A stretch of DNA of 63,079 nt, the filler included, from Octopus bimaculoides (Eukaryota): assembly GCF_001194135.2 (NCBI RefSeq). It is 4 parts of 4 records of this genome, joined end to end, with 100 filler letters (N's around TTAATTAATTAA, not from the genome) between each part and the next. Parts side by side here need not be neighbours in the genome. Positions count along the whole stretch, not along the records: positions 27,084 to 49,580 come from NC_068989.1; positions 49,681 to 60,654 come from NC_068997.1; 2 more parts are not named here. One strand, written 5' to 3'. The translations under genes and the position numbers were made by a program. The notes under the pieces are model-generated. The model made no database searches, had not been told where the DNA came from, and saw only the letters and a program-made list of their open reading frames with translations. Shown here piece by piece: positions 38,416 through 50,788 of the stretch (position 1 is the stretch's first letter; every line of letters begins with the position of its first letter).

Positions 38416-40606
38416 ATANNNNNNNNNNNNNNNNNNNNNNNNNNNNNNNNNNNNNNNNNNNNNNNNNNNNNNNNNNNNNNNNNNNNNNNNNNNNNNNNNN
38501 NNNNNNNNNNNNNNNNNNNNNNNNNNNNNNNNNNNNNNNNNNNNNNNNNNNNNNNNNNNNNNNNNNNNNNNNNNNNNNNNNNNNNNNNNNNNNNNNNNNN
38601 NNNNNNNNNNNNNNNNNNNNNNNNNNNNNNNNNNNNNNNNNNNNNNNNNNNNNNNNNNNNNNNNNNNNNNNNNNNNNNNNNNNNNNNNNNNNNNNNNNNN
38701 NNNNNNNNNNNNNNNNNNNNNNNNNNNNNNNNNNNNNNNNNNNNNNNNNNNNNNNNNNNNNNNNNNNNNNNNNNNNNNNNNNNNNNNNNNNNNNNNNNNN
38801 NNNNNNNNNNNNNNNNNNNNNNNNNNNNNNNNNNNNNNNNNNNNNNNNNNNNNNNNNNNNNNNNNNNNNNNNNNNNNNNNNNNNNNNNNNNNNNNNNNNN
38901 NNNNNNNNNNNNNNNNNNNNNNNNNNNNNNNNNNNNNNNNNNNNNNNNNNNNNNNNNNNNNTATATATATATATATATGAAGTGAAAGAAAGGAAGAAAG
39001 AGAAATTGGTAGTGGCTGTATTTGTCCTAACAGCATTGATGGTCAACGTTTAACACAATCGAGTGATGAAATCCACTAACTTAGCTGTTCCACAAATACA
39101 GAGGACTCTAACTGTAATGTTGCATTCTGCTTAATATGCATAATTTAACTGTTTACATTAAATACATTTTGGCAATTTGGCGCACAAGAGATAACGTTTT
39201 TCTATCAGCTGTAAGGAATATTTTTAATCACAAAATGGTAATTTTCCGGTTAATAAATGTTTTATACTATATACTTTTTTGTTGTTGTCCAGTTTAAGGT
39301 TCTAAAGAATATATTATCGAACATTTTGTGATTTCTCTTGAAATTCCCTTTTGTATAAATCATTAGATTAAATTGTACCATTAACATCAAATAAAATATT
39401 TGCTACCTTACATTAAAATATTAGTATCAATATTGCTAATGTTAATGTATATGTGAAACTAATGCTTTCCTAGAGAAGAAAATTAGAGATCATAATTTTA
39501 TTTTATCTGCGGAAACTTCATTAGTCGTTATTACGTGTGTTGATACGATTATATTCCTTATTTCCCAATTAATATTGCTGACTCAGCTTCGTACATTGTA
39601 TTGGCAAGTGTAAAATTTATCTTAATATTAATTAGATTTTCATTCGGTTTTCTTTCAGCAGAATACTTTGCAATATGTCTAATTCGATATCTAAAATTGT
39701 TTGATGGTTGAGTCAATGCTGATGGCCGGCCTTGTTTCCAGTTCCTTGTATTTGTTAAATCAACTGTTTCTGAAAGTATATCTACATGATAACCTCCATC
39801 CTGCATATAGTATTTTTGTTTTACAGCACAGTAACTCTTGAGTTAAATCAGTTTCTGAACATGACTACGATATTCCTCTAAATCTGCCGAAAACTCAAGG
39901 GTACAAATCAAGTGACTGAATATTTTATCGATGTCACCGTTAAATCATTAGAGGAAAGGAAATTATGGGAGGTAACGGTTTAGAATGTTAGTTAATATAT
40001 CCATATATCCATACAATTGTATACAAACATGAACTGTTTAGAAATATTTATATAGAAGTACACAAGAACTGAGATGATACAAATATACTAAAGCGACGTG
40101 GTGTTTCAAAATTCATTTCCACAAATGAATAGCATGTTCGTCCAACTAGAGATATTGTCTATATTGAAAAGCAACAATTACCAAATATTGACTTTCGAAT
40201 CTGCCAGAATATATTGAGGACCAGATACGTCATTGCTTGGATTCTCGTGTCCTTGCCTGTATCGCATAAATTATTATTTACCTAAGAGACACCAACAGAC
40301 ATCAGCAAATAATTTGCCTACTAATTTCAATAAAAAGAATCCCGTAATCTTGTCAGATTCATCGTTGTAGCGTAGCTTTGAATGAGGAGATAAGTAATAA
40401 TATTTGAAACACTTACTTTCTTAATGTCCGTCTACATTGATGAACCACGAATAAAAAGTAGCCAATAGATATTTGTTCTTGAATATGCGAGGTGTTGAGA
40501 ATAAACAGATACATTAGACAGTTCTATATATTAATTCAAAGATATTAGATTAGATGTCAGATCTCACGTTCCACTTTATGATACAGAACTCATTATGCGT
40601 GTGTAT

Positions 40607-40688
<82 letters not shown>

Positions 40689-40839
40689 GTGTGTGTGTAT
40701 GTGTGTGCATGTGCACATGTCCTTGCGTCTGTGTACGTTTTTGCGTGCATCTTACTTAAATTTTAGAATTATTTTTTCTTCAGTTCCGGCAAAATAACAT
40801 TTCAATTGGATTTGGGAGGCAAAAATTTACAAGAGCCTG

Positions 40840-41950
40840 GCAGTGGACTGCTAAAAGCAAACTATGAAATTAGTGATTTAACTTCAAGAAACATAACAAG
40901 AGAGACAATGTATGATATCACAGAGTTCGCTGCATTTGTTAATGAACATGAACCTAAATTTCTTCCATAACATTGTTGTGCATATAATAAAATTACTTCG
41001 TCAGTCAGAGAAAAAGGTGGAGGAATTTTCTTTCTTGATGCTCCTGGTGGCACGGGTGAAACATTTGTAACAACATTGCCTCTCTCCAACGTAAGGCAGC
41101 AAAAAAAGAATTGCAGTTGTTGTAGCATCGTCTGGCATTGCTACTACCATTCTCCCAGGAGGACGAACAGCTCATTCTGCTTTTAAATTACCGCTAAACC
41201 TGGTCACAAATAACAGTGAAATTTGTAACATAAGCAAAGGTTCAGGTTCAGAAGAAGTGTTGCGCCAATGCCACTTGATCACTTAGGATGAATGCAACAT
41301 GCCACATACAGTTGCAATTGAAGCTCTTGATAAGGCGTTACAGAACGTAAGGGGCGACAATAAATCTATGGGATGAGTTAGATTAATTTTATCAGGAGAA
41401 TTCAGACAGACATTACCCATCATTCTGAGATGAACAAGAACTGATGGAATAAATGTATGCATTAAGTCTTCACACATATGGAATAAAGTACAGAAATTCT
41501 CCTTCAATACTAACGTGCCAGCTTTATTACATGGGGATCAACGTGCAGAATAATCTTCAACCAGGCTTCTCCAATTAGGAAATGGGAAAGTACCATTTGA
41601 TGGGAATGGTGATAACAAATTGGCTCATATTGCTTTCGCGCTGAATTCCCAAGCTGAACTGAAGAATAGGGTATTTCCAGACTTAAATAATAATTATAAT
41701 TCATATAAATGGTTGCGTGAAAGGGCTATTCTTGCTCCAAAAATGGAACAGTAGCAAGGATTAACCATGAATCAATGAATAAGATTCCAACAGTCATTAA
41801 GGATTAAAATCAGTTGATTATGTCCTTGATGATAATCAAGCTGTCCATTACCCAACAGACTTGCTTAATTCTATCCATCCATCTGGAACTCATCCACATA
41901 AACTTTCTCTGAAGGTAGGAGTCCTAATAATGCTTCTTCGAAATTTAGAT
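40840..41950 (+). pseudogene. Helitron PIF1-like helicase fragment
   Basis: Across frameshifts and stops it reads GGIFFLDAPGGTGETF (Walker A, K>E), ASSGIATTILPGGRTAHSAFKLP, DEC, GEFRQTLP, WLRERAILAPK and LSLKVGVLIMLLRNLD. Confidence 0.93.
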
Positions 41951-42391
41951 CTTGTTTAGCGTGACCAAGAATCAATCTAGAACAAAATACACGTGCAAAA
42001 GTGAAATATGCAGACACTTTCCCCCATAACGAAAACTTCGTTATGGCAGACTGATCCTCTTTATTTTGAGATTAGAGAACAGACGATTATTCACATACAA
42101 CTTATAGAATTTAATGACGGTAACATCAATAAATTTGAAGTAACTATTTTCCGACCTGAAGATTGTTATGAATTTTCATACAGTTTTGTTCCAGTTCTTC
42201 TTACTAATTAGGGTCTAAATATAAACCTTCAAGATAAAAAGAAAGGAATGCAATTTTTTATCGTGCACTTTTTGATGCCTAAAATATAACTTCTATTACT
42301 TATTTCTTGCGATATCAACAGATCTCAGTTCAATACTTCATTAGCTAGAACAATACTATATATATGCATCTATCTAGCTATTTATCTATCT

Positions 42392-42456
<65 letters not shown>

Positions 42457-42614
42457 NNNNNNNNNNNNNNNNNNNNNNNNNNNNNNNNNNNNNNNNNNNN
42501 NNNNNNNNNNNNNNNNNNNNNNNNNNNNNNNNNNNNNNNNNNNNNNNNNNNNNNNNNNNNNNNNNNNNNNNNNNNNNNNNNNNNNNNNNNNNNNNTATAT
42601 ATATATATTCAATA

Positions 42615-42820
42615 TGTGACTGCGCGAGCATCGTTGACGATTGTCTTTCTCTGTCTTCCCTTCTTTGGAATTTTCCAATATTTCTGATGAAGATCTCCGT
42701 TCGAAACGTGAAGTCCTCTTTCTTTTCTTTCCTTTCCTGAGTGTCCAATAACACAGTAATTATTCCACGACCTCGCGTTGTTGCTTTTCGTGTCTTTTCT
42801 TGCTTGTTCATGTTTGGATT

Positions 42821-42830
<10 letters not shown>
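42615..42830 (+). mobile_element. Short PLE pLTR/retrozyme-like fragment with a degenerate hammerhead (42678-42715)
   Basis: TTT-CTGATGA-AGATCTCCGTTC-GAAA-CGT-G-AAG: both core boxes and a palindromic ACGT stem III are present, but the cleavage-site base is G and the stems are weak. Confidence 0.5.
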
Positions 42831-42859
<29 letters not shown>

Positions 42860-42964
42860 CACACATACATACATACATACACATATATATATACACTCAC
42901 ACATACACGCACACACACATATATATATGTATGTAATATATTTCTTTATTTATCTTCACATACA

Positions 42965-43761
42965 GACATTTATAGTTTATTATTAATACAAAACATGACA
43001 AGATTTACGTTACATAACGTATCTTACGGCCGTTTCCGCATACGATACCAATAAATGTCTACAAATAATTGCGAAAATAAAATTCTTCATCTTCATAGGA
43101 TATTTGAAATAGGGCACGATGTTTCATCAGTGTAAAACAAAAGCATCCAAATTAAACAAAGGGAAGAAGGAATATGAAAGAAAACATGGCCTACAAAAGA
43201 AGTCTAGCAGCCCAAAATACTAAAAGCATATAATTTACCATCTTACGTCTACTAAGTCTGTAGGTAAGAGAGGGAACTAGTATTGGTCTAGGAAGCAAAA
43301 ATTTTCTTTACGAGTAATTCTAATATAAAGGGGAACCAAGATGTTTTAAAAGTTATAAAAAAAATAATAATACAAGGAAACTTACTAGGATTACCTATGC
43401 TAACGAAAAAACACAATTTAAAATGTATCCCAAACATTACCGTAGGGTGCTTAAAATAGTGTACTCACAGAAATATTACAGAGAACCCAACCTGTTGCAC
43501 GTAATGGGACAGGTTAAGTCCAGCGATCTCTACAATTGGTCAATTATATTTGAACCGAGGGCATAAGTTAAAACCATTTCAGTGGATATGTAAATAAAGA
43601 TTAAAAAAATAAGAAAATAAGTTAAGGGTACGGGAGATAAGACAATGATATATTATTTGTCGACATTGATTGGCATCGTATGCGGAAACGGCCATAAGAT
43701 TTGTTATGTCACATCAATTTTTTTCATGTTTTGTATTAAATGATAAGCTTTACATGTAGTC
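42965..43761. mobile_element. MITE-like element with ~110-bp imperfect TIRs
   Basis: TAATACAAAACATG...GGCCGTTTCCGCATACGATACCAAT (42965-43070) is the reverse complement of ATTGGCATCGTATGCGGAAACGGCC...CATGTTTTGTATTA (43650-43761). Confidence 0.8.
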
Positions 43762-43978
43762 CAATTGATGTGCATGTTCATCTGAGGTTTTCTCCAATTT
43801 GTGATTATTTATATTTGTTTTCTGATATAATTTTGTTTATCTTGTTGTTAATTTTACTCTACGAACATAGTTTGCCTGCATACTCATGCCCAGAAATGAT
43901 ATGGGTAACGGATACCGATAGTATATACGGATATTTTATCCCTTAGTCGGTTATTATAACCGCTAGCTCTGCTTACAT

Positions 43979-43979
<1 letters not shown>

Positions 43980-44029
<50 letters not shown>

Positions 44030-45831
44030 CCTGTTCTGCCTGTGTATGTAAAAGATTATAAAGGCCGTATTTTTCAACTACTTTTCTCCAAACTTGGAAT
44101 ATATATTCAATGGATGGTTTAGACCCATAAACATTTTCCCGTTATGAGTAATGGATCCCTTGGTGATAGAAAACACCTGGTCCTGGGCTACGTGGAGAAG
44201 GGAGGTAACTCTTTGCTAAGTAACTTCCAGAAATTGACTGTCTCCCTGCGTCCATTGGTTATAAAAAAAACAATAAAAATATTGCTTTTTCTATTAGATT
44301 CGCGTCTTTGAAATTTTTTATATTTACTTCTGGTTTTCTAGCGTCAGTGACGTTTATATCTCGCTATCTATATCGGTCTATCCATCTCTCTCTATCTCTA
44401 TTTCTCTATCTATATCTCTCTATCTATCTCCGTCTCTCTATGTATCTATCACTCTGTATCTGTCTATATCTATCTTATTTTTTTAACTAACTATCTCTCT
44501 CTCCCGCTCTCTATATCTCACTCACTCTCTATTGTTTTCACTTCCATTTTTATGACGCTATTCACCTCACTGATAAGTGTTCAATCGCTATTTACAAACA
44601 TGAACGACAAATTACTGACAGAAGGAAGTTCACAATTACTGATAAAAGAAATTTCATACATAATATACTGACAGAAGTAACTTCATAAATTTCACTTCAA
44701 TCCGTGCACTTCGTTAAATTTGCCTACAACTTTCTTATTTACTTTTGCAACGATTTTGTGTTTTTCTCTTGTTAACGCTTTTTTCTGGTTCCTTAGAAAC
44801 TGGCGTTTTGGTTCACTGACACATTTCGCTTCAATTCTTTATTTCCCGCAGAAATTTCTTATTTACTTTCTGGCCGTTGAATTAAGAAATATAATTCCCG
44901 TTACCCAGTTATTTGCATTGTTTACCATGTTCTGCACCCGTGTTTTCCTGTATATATGTATAGCCATGCCTAGAATGAAAGTGTCAGGTTTGTCTACAAT
45001 GTCAAAGTCAGCCAAAATCATATCTCTGTCCAGGGAAAAAGAGACAGCTGCAGAAAGGGAAGCATACCAAGAAACGAGCAGACTGTATACTACAAAAGCC
45101 AGAGCATCTCAAAATGATGAACAGGTGTATGCACGGCTGACAAGGAGTTGGATATCCACTGCAGAACGAAGAGCAGTTGCAATAGTTCAGAGAAGCAACT
45201 TCAATGAAACAGACCTCAATTATGATCCAGCAGTTTATTACACAGATGACACTAGAGTTTGGCCTGAAGAAACACGTGCACTGTGCTGCAGTGGAGGAAA
45301 GATTAAATTCCCTGCTATCCCCCAACCTCCAGAGCCATTGAAGAAACTATTGTCCTCAACTGACCAAGATTTCAAGCACATCCAAAAACAAAAATAAATA
45401 GACAATACAACGCTGCACTACAGATGACATCATTTGGAGCCACAAGATATTTATCTGAGCCAGGATTCATGCTACCTTTCAAGATCCTAAATCAGATTTA
45501 TCATCAGATTGGTTCTCCACTACCTCTGTCAAACGAATCACCAAAATGGGCCTTTCATTGTTTATAATCTGGAGCTGATTTCTGGTTAGAAATAAGTTAC
45601 GCAAAACGTGTTCTTGAATTTCGTGTATTTACTTTATATACATATATGAGTTGAAAACTTTCTTTTAATATTTCACTTAACATCTATGCTCCATGCTGGC
45701 ATGTGTTGGAGAGTTAACAATGTAAAAGCTGGTACCTCAGCTAGTAGCAGTTGAGACGTGCGTAATCTACATGGTATTTTCATTTTTCCTTATTCCGCCT
45801 TAATCCGGGCAACAACGGGTATTTCTGCTTA
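43980..45831 (+). mobile_element. Internally deleted Helitron; 5' boundary uncertain
   Basis: Contains the Rep fragment and ends in a Helitron-type 3' terminus, CCGGGCAACAACGGGTATTTCTGCTTA (45805-45831; decayed hairpin plus CTAG-like end). Confidence 0.55.
44966..45552 (+). pseudogene. Helitron RepHel N-terminal fragment
   Basis: MPR...ET..ER..., LNYDP, CCSGGKIKFPAIPQPPEPLKKLL, then after a frameshift IRQYNAALQMTSFGA, GFMLPFKILNQIYHQIGSPLP. These are typical Helitron Rep N-terminal motifs. Confidence 0.88.
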
Positions 45832-46774
45832 TATATATATATATATACCACTCGCTCAAAGATGAAATCTCAAAATCTGATTCATGTCTATACCTTTCAA
45901 ATTTCTATTTCTAACCATAATAGTCAGAACGTATACATACATTCCACTCACTGTAAATCATATACATGACATTTACACTCGCTGTAAATCATACACATGA
46001 CATTTCTTGCCCAGTATGGTCAATGCACAAACTCACAAGCAGAAACAAACATGTCCGTAGTACATTCATCCGTATATACATATATGCACGAGTACATGCA
46101 ATTTAAAACTTGGGGAAACCAATGCAATGCTTGTTGAAAATAAATGAAAAGTTCAAGAATACACATCCGAAATACTTTTGATTGGTATATATGTGAATGT
46201 GACTTTGAAATATATACTAAAATCTTTCGTAACCACTTTACGCTTTTACATACAACGTCAGATGTGTTTTACATACGGTATCAGGTGCTTCACTGGACCA
46301 CGCGTAAACTTTACTGAAATCTAGAGAGGAAAAGGCGTCACAAATGTAGTGAATGTTTTACTCATAATTGTCAGAACTAGAAATCCTATGGAGAAAAAAG
46401 CTTCTTCTAACATTGAACATGCACATGGTAAACGTAATGGTTCAGTCAATATATAAATACATTTAACAGTGAAAGTATGATAAGATAACTAACGGATTCA
46501 CTTTCTAAAAGCTTTCGTGCCCACTCTCAATTCTACAACAGAATAGATAAAAGTAACTAACCGCAAAATTGGGGCGTAAGATGAGACAAATTTAATACAT
46601 GTATCTATTGCTTTATAGATGTTTGTCTATGTGTATATACATGTATATGTGTATGTGTGTGTGTGTGAGGAATAATATAGTACATTTATGCACAGACACA
46701 AACACACATATATATATATACATATATATATATATACACTCATATATATATATACATACATACATATATATATA

Positions 46775-46844
<70 letters not shown>

Positions 46845-46879
46845 TACATATATATATATACATACATATTTATATATGC

Positions 46880-46910
<31 letters not shown>

Positions 46911-47023
46911 AACATATATATATACACATATATATACGCATGCATATATATACATATATATATACATATATATATACATATATATACACATATACATATG
47001 TATATATATACATACATATATAT

Positions 47024-47066
<43 letters not shown>

Positions 47067-47324
47067 NNNNNNNNNNNNNNNNNNNNNNNNNNNNNNNNNN
47101 NNNNNNNNNNNNNNNNNNNNNNNNNNNNNNNNNNNNNNNNNNNCAGCATGAGAATAAAAACCATCAAAGGTAATAATTATTTAAAATTATAATACAGGGT
47201 ATCTAATAGATACCACCACGCTGAAAAATAGCAGTCAAATCTTGACTCTAAAACCACAATAAATGTCCACATAGCATGAGTAGCGAAGACGAAGACCAAA
47301 TAAACCAGTAAAAATAACAAGATA

Positions 47325-47386
47325 ATTCCAAATCCTGGATTTCTGGCTTTGCATAAATAATAATGCTTTGCCTTCATCAGTGGAAT
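47325..47386 (-). ncRNA. Second copy of the same hammerhead, opposite strand
   Basis: Reverse complement of 47542-47603, differing only in the stem II loop. Confidence 0.8.
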
Positions 47387-47541
47387 ATATTCAAGTACAT
47401 AAATGCAAATACATGTATATAAACAGTATACTTACATATACGGACGTATACATACATATATATGCACGTATGCACACGACTAGCTTAAATAGCCCACCTA
47501 AAACCTTCTCGTGCAATCCGGACAGAATATCAGCGCAGTAT

Positions 47542-47603
47542 ATTCCACTGATGAAGGCAAAGCATTAATATTTATGCAAAGCCAGAAATCCAGGATTTGG
47601 AAT
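47542..47603 (+). ncRNA. Type I hammerhead ribozyme (minimal, PLE/retrozyme-like)
   Basis: ATTCCA-CTGATGA-A-GGC(aaa GCAT taatattt ATGC aaa)GCC-A-GAAA-TCC-A-GGA-T-T-TGGAAT. Stems I, II and III all pair around the two core boxes. Predicted cleavage is after AUU at 47597. Confidence 0.8.
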
Positions 47604-48699
47604 TATCTTGTTAATTTTACTGGTTTATTTGGTCTTCGTCTTCGTTACTTATGTGGACATTTATTGTGGTTTTAGAGTCAAGATTTGACTGCTGTTTTTC
47701 AGCGTGGTGGTATCTATTAGATACCCTGTATTATAATTTAAAATAATCTATATATATATATATATATATATATNNNNNNNNNNNNNNNNNNNNNNNNNNN
47801 NNNNNNNNNNNNNNNNNNNNNNNNNNNNNNNNNNNNNNNNNNNNNNNNNNNNNNNNNNNNNNNNNNNNNNNNNNNNNNNNNNNNNNNNNNNNNNNNNNNN
47901 NNNNNNNNNNNNNNNNNNNNNNNNNNNNNNNNNNNNNNNNNNNNNNNNNNNNNNNNNNNNNNNNNNNNNNNNNNNNNNNNNNNNNNNNNNNNNNNNNNNN
48001 NNNNNNNNNNNNNNNNNNNNNNNNNNNNNNNNNNNNNNNNNNNNNNNNNNNNNNNNNNNNNNNNNNNNNNNNNNNNNNNNNNNNNNNNNNNNNNNNNNNN
48101 NNNNNNNNNNNNNNNNNNNNNNNNNNNNNNNNNNNNNNNNNNNNNNNNNNNNNNNNNNNNNNNNNNNNNNNNNNNNNNNNNNNNNNNNNNNNNNNNNNNN
48201 NNNNNNNNNNNNNNNNNNNNNNNNNNNNNNNNNNNNNNNNNNNNNNNNNNNNNNNNNNNNNNNNNNNNNNNNNNNNNNNNNNNNNNNNNNNNNNNNNNNN
48301 NNNNNNNNNNNNNNNNNNNNNNNNNNNNNNNNNNNNNNNNNNNNNNNNNNNNNNNNNNNNNNNNNNNNNNNNNNNNNNNNNNNNNNNNNNNNNNNNNNNN
48401 NNNNNNNNNNNNNNNNNNNNNNNNNNNNNNNNNNNNNNNNNNNNNNNNNNNNNNNNNNNNNNNNNNNNNNNNNNNNNNNNNNNNNNNNNNNNNNNNNNNN
48501 NNNNNNNNNNNNNNNNNNNNNNNNNNNNNNNNNNNNNNNNNNNNNNNNNNNNNNNNNNNNNNNNNNNNNNNNNNNNNNNNNNNNNNNNNNNNNNNNNNNN
48601 NNNNNNNNNNNNNNNNNNNNNNNNNNNNNNNNNNNNNNNNNNNNNNNNNNNNNNNNNNNNNNNNNNNNNNNNNNNNNNNNNNNNNNNNNNNGGGGGGGG

Positions 48700-49184
48700 G
48701 GGGATCGGGCTTGTCCCAGTTATTCATGCTGTAAACGCTTACATTTATGCTCGATAACTGCAGCATGTAAATTATGTTATGAAAGACCGCTACCCGGACT
48801 TCGGCAATCGAAGACAATCCCTCCTACTGTATGAATATGCCTCAGTACACAGTACAAATATGACCATGCGCAATTAGTAGAAATTGAGGAGCTGGAAGTG
48901 TCATTTCACCATGCTTACATTCCAGAACTTGCATCATCAGATTACCTCTTTTCTCGAGCCAAGGCTCATTTCCAGCACGGACGAGGTTGTATTCAGGTGC
49001 AGGGAGTTATTTGCATCTAAAGCAGCCTAATGTTATAAGTGGAGAATTGAGCATCTGAAATGACATTGACAACAGGCATTAGAATAGGATGGGATGTATT
49101 GCGATGAAGAAAAGTTTCACGTGCGGAAATTGTTCTATTAATTAAAACTTGAAATACGAAAAAACTTTTGATTCAACCTGATAT
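48700..49184 (+). pseudogene. Mariner (DD34D) transposase C-terminal half plus 3' TIR, decayed
   Basis: SLLLYEYASVH (equivalent to LLHDNARPH) and LEVSFHHAYIPELASSDYLF (equivalent to EVLPHPPYSPDLAPSDYHLF). Ends AAAACTTTTGATTCAACCTGATA, a mariner-like TIR. Confidence 0.75.
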
Positions 49185-49452
49185 ATTTGAAATAGGTTTA
49201 GAATTACAAGATGTTAATATATTAAATTCCGCAGAAACATTTTGCGCATGAAGAAATAAATTCTAAAGGAATGTATCACCTTTGTTCTGTGGTTTTCAAT
49301 GTCTAAGTTGTCTTTTCTATTACGTAAGTGTTCCAATGTTAGCACACAAGCTCTGAACAATACATCGTTTATTAGAACAATACAAAACGTTGACGAAATG
49401 TACAAACGCATAGACACACACAAAATCACACAGACGTCCACAAACATATGCA

Positions 49453-49492
<40 letters not shown>

Positions 49493-49523
49493 ATATCTAT
49501 CTATCTATCTATATATCTATTTC

Positions 49524-49580
<57 letters not shown>

Positions 49581-49775
49581 NNNNNNNNNNNNNNNNNNNN
49601 NNNNNNNNNNNNNNNNNNNNNNNNTTAATTAATTAANNNNNNNNNNNNNNNNNNNNNNNNNNNNNNNNNNNNNNNNNNNNCCGACCGTCCGTCCGTTAAT
49701 CTTGTATAAACACATCTACGACAAAACAATCAGATTAAGAACTCACCAACGCGCAGAGTAAGAGAGAGAGAGAGC

Positions 49776-49825
<50 letters not shown>

Positions 49826-49836
49826 GAGAGAGGAAA

Positions 49837-49869
<33 letters not shown>

Positions 49870-50562
49870 GCGAGACATACAAACAGACATAGACAGAGAA
49901 GGACAGACAAACAGACATAGATATAGAGGTTGACAGACAAACACAGACAGACAGATGGACAGACAAACAGACAGAGGCAGACATAGACAGACGGACATCA
50001 GACATAGAAAGAGGTACATCAACATAATTCCATGCCGGAAATGTTTATATAATAAACTGTTTCCGGTCACATTGATGAACGCCATTGAATGTGAATGTTT
50101 TTGTAGTTGTTGTAGCCGTCATTAATGTTATTGTTATTGTTGGTGTTGTTGCAATCCTTGTTATTGTTGTTGATGGTGTTGTCATTTTTATTTAGCCCTA
50201 GGCGTCTCACTGTGACATTCCTTTGCAAATAAGTTTAAAGAAATAAAAATATTATGTGAATTCTTGCAATTCCATTTCTTTTATATCAAGGCATTGTGTA
50301 TCTAGGACCCTATAAAAGTAATGTTCTTCCTTTTCTTATGACGGTGAGGTGTGTTTTGAGGGAGATCCGACTGCTGTTTCTAGCAGGATAATTGATACAA
50401 ACTTTGAACCTGTTATATTGTTGGTAGTGATATTGTGTAGCATTGGAGAAGGCTATCGTTCTTTACAGTGTTAGCTATATATTCGCATTTTTAGAGTTTT
50501 CCTTTATTGCCGTTGCTCCTGCTGCGGCTGATGTTGTTGTTGCTGATGATGATGATCATGAC

Positions 50563-50616
<54 letters not shown>

Positions 50617-50753
50617 CGCGCGCGCGCTGCATGTGTCTGTGTGTCAATATTTGTATGCTTATCTGTATGTATGTTTCTCCTCTTTGAAAGCATTTATAAT
50701 TGCACAAATTTGCTTAAATATGAGCATGGATGTTGTGTCTGCGTTTACACAAT

Positions 50754-50780
<27 letters not shown>

Positions 50781-50788
<8 letters not shown>

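Larger units (their letters stand above)
47176..47747. repeat. Inverted repeat with ~210-bp arms (47176-47389 / 47539-47747) and ~150-bp spacer
   Basis: The arms are near-identical reverse complements, e.g. CAGGGTATCTAATAGATACCACCACGCTGAAAAA versus TTTTTCAGCGTGGTGGTATCTATTAGATACCCTG. Confidence 0.95.

Noticed and set aside
39558-39806. 82-aa minus-strand ORF with GRP motif, possible transposase HTH
   Set aside because: The motif is too short, and no catalytic domain or TIR was recognised nearby.
44720-44965. Hydrophobic N-terminal part of ORF 44720..45397
   Set aside because: Starts at a TTG in T-rich upstream DNA. Helitron homology begins at the ATG at 44966.
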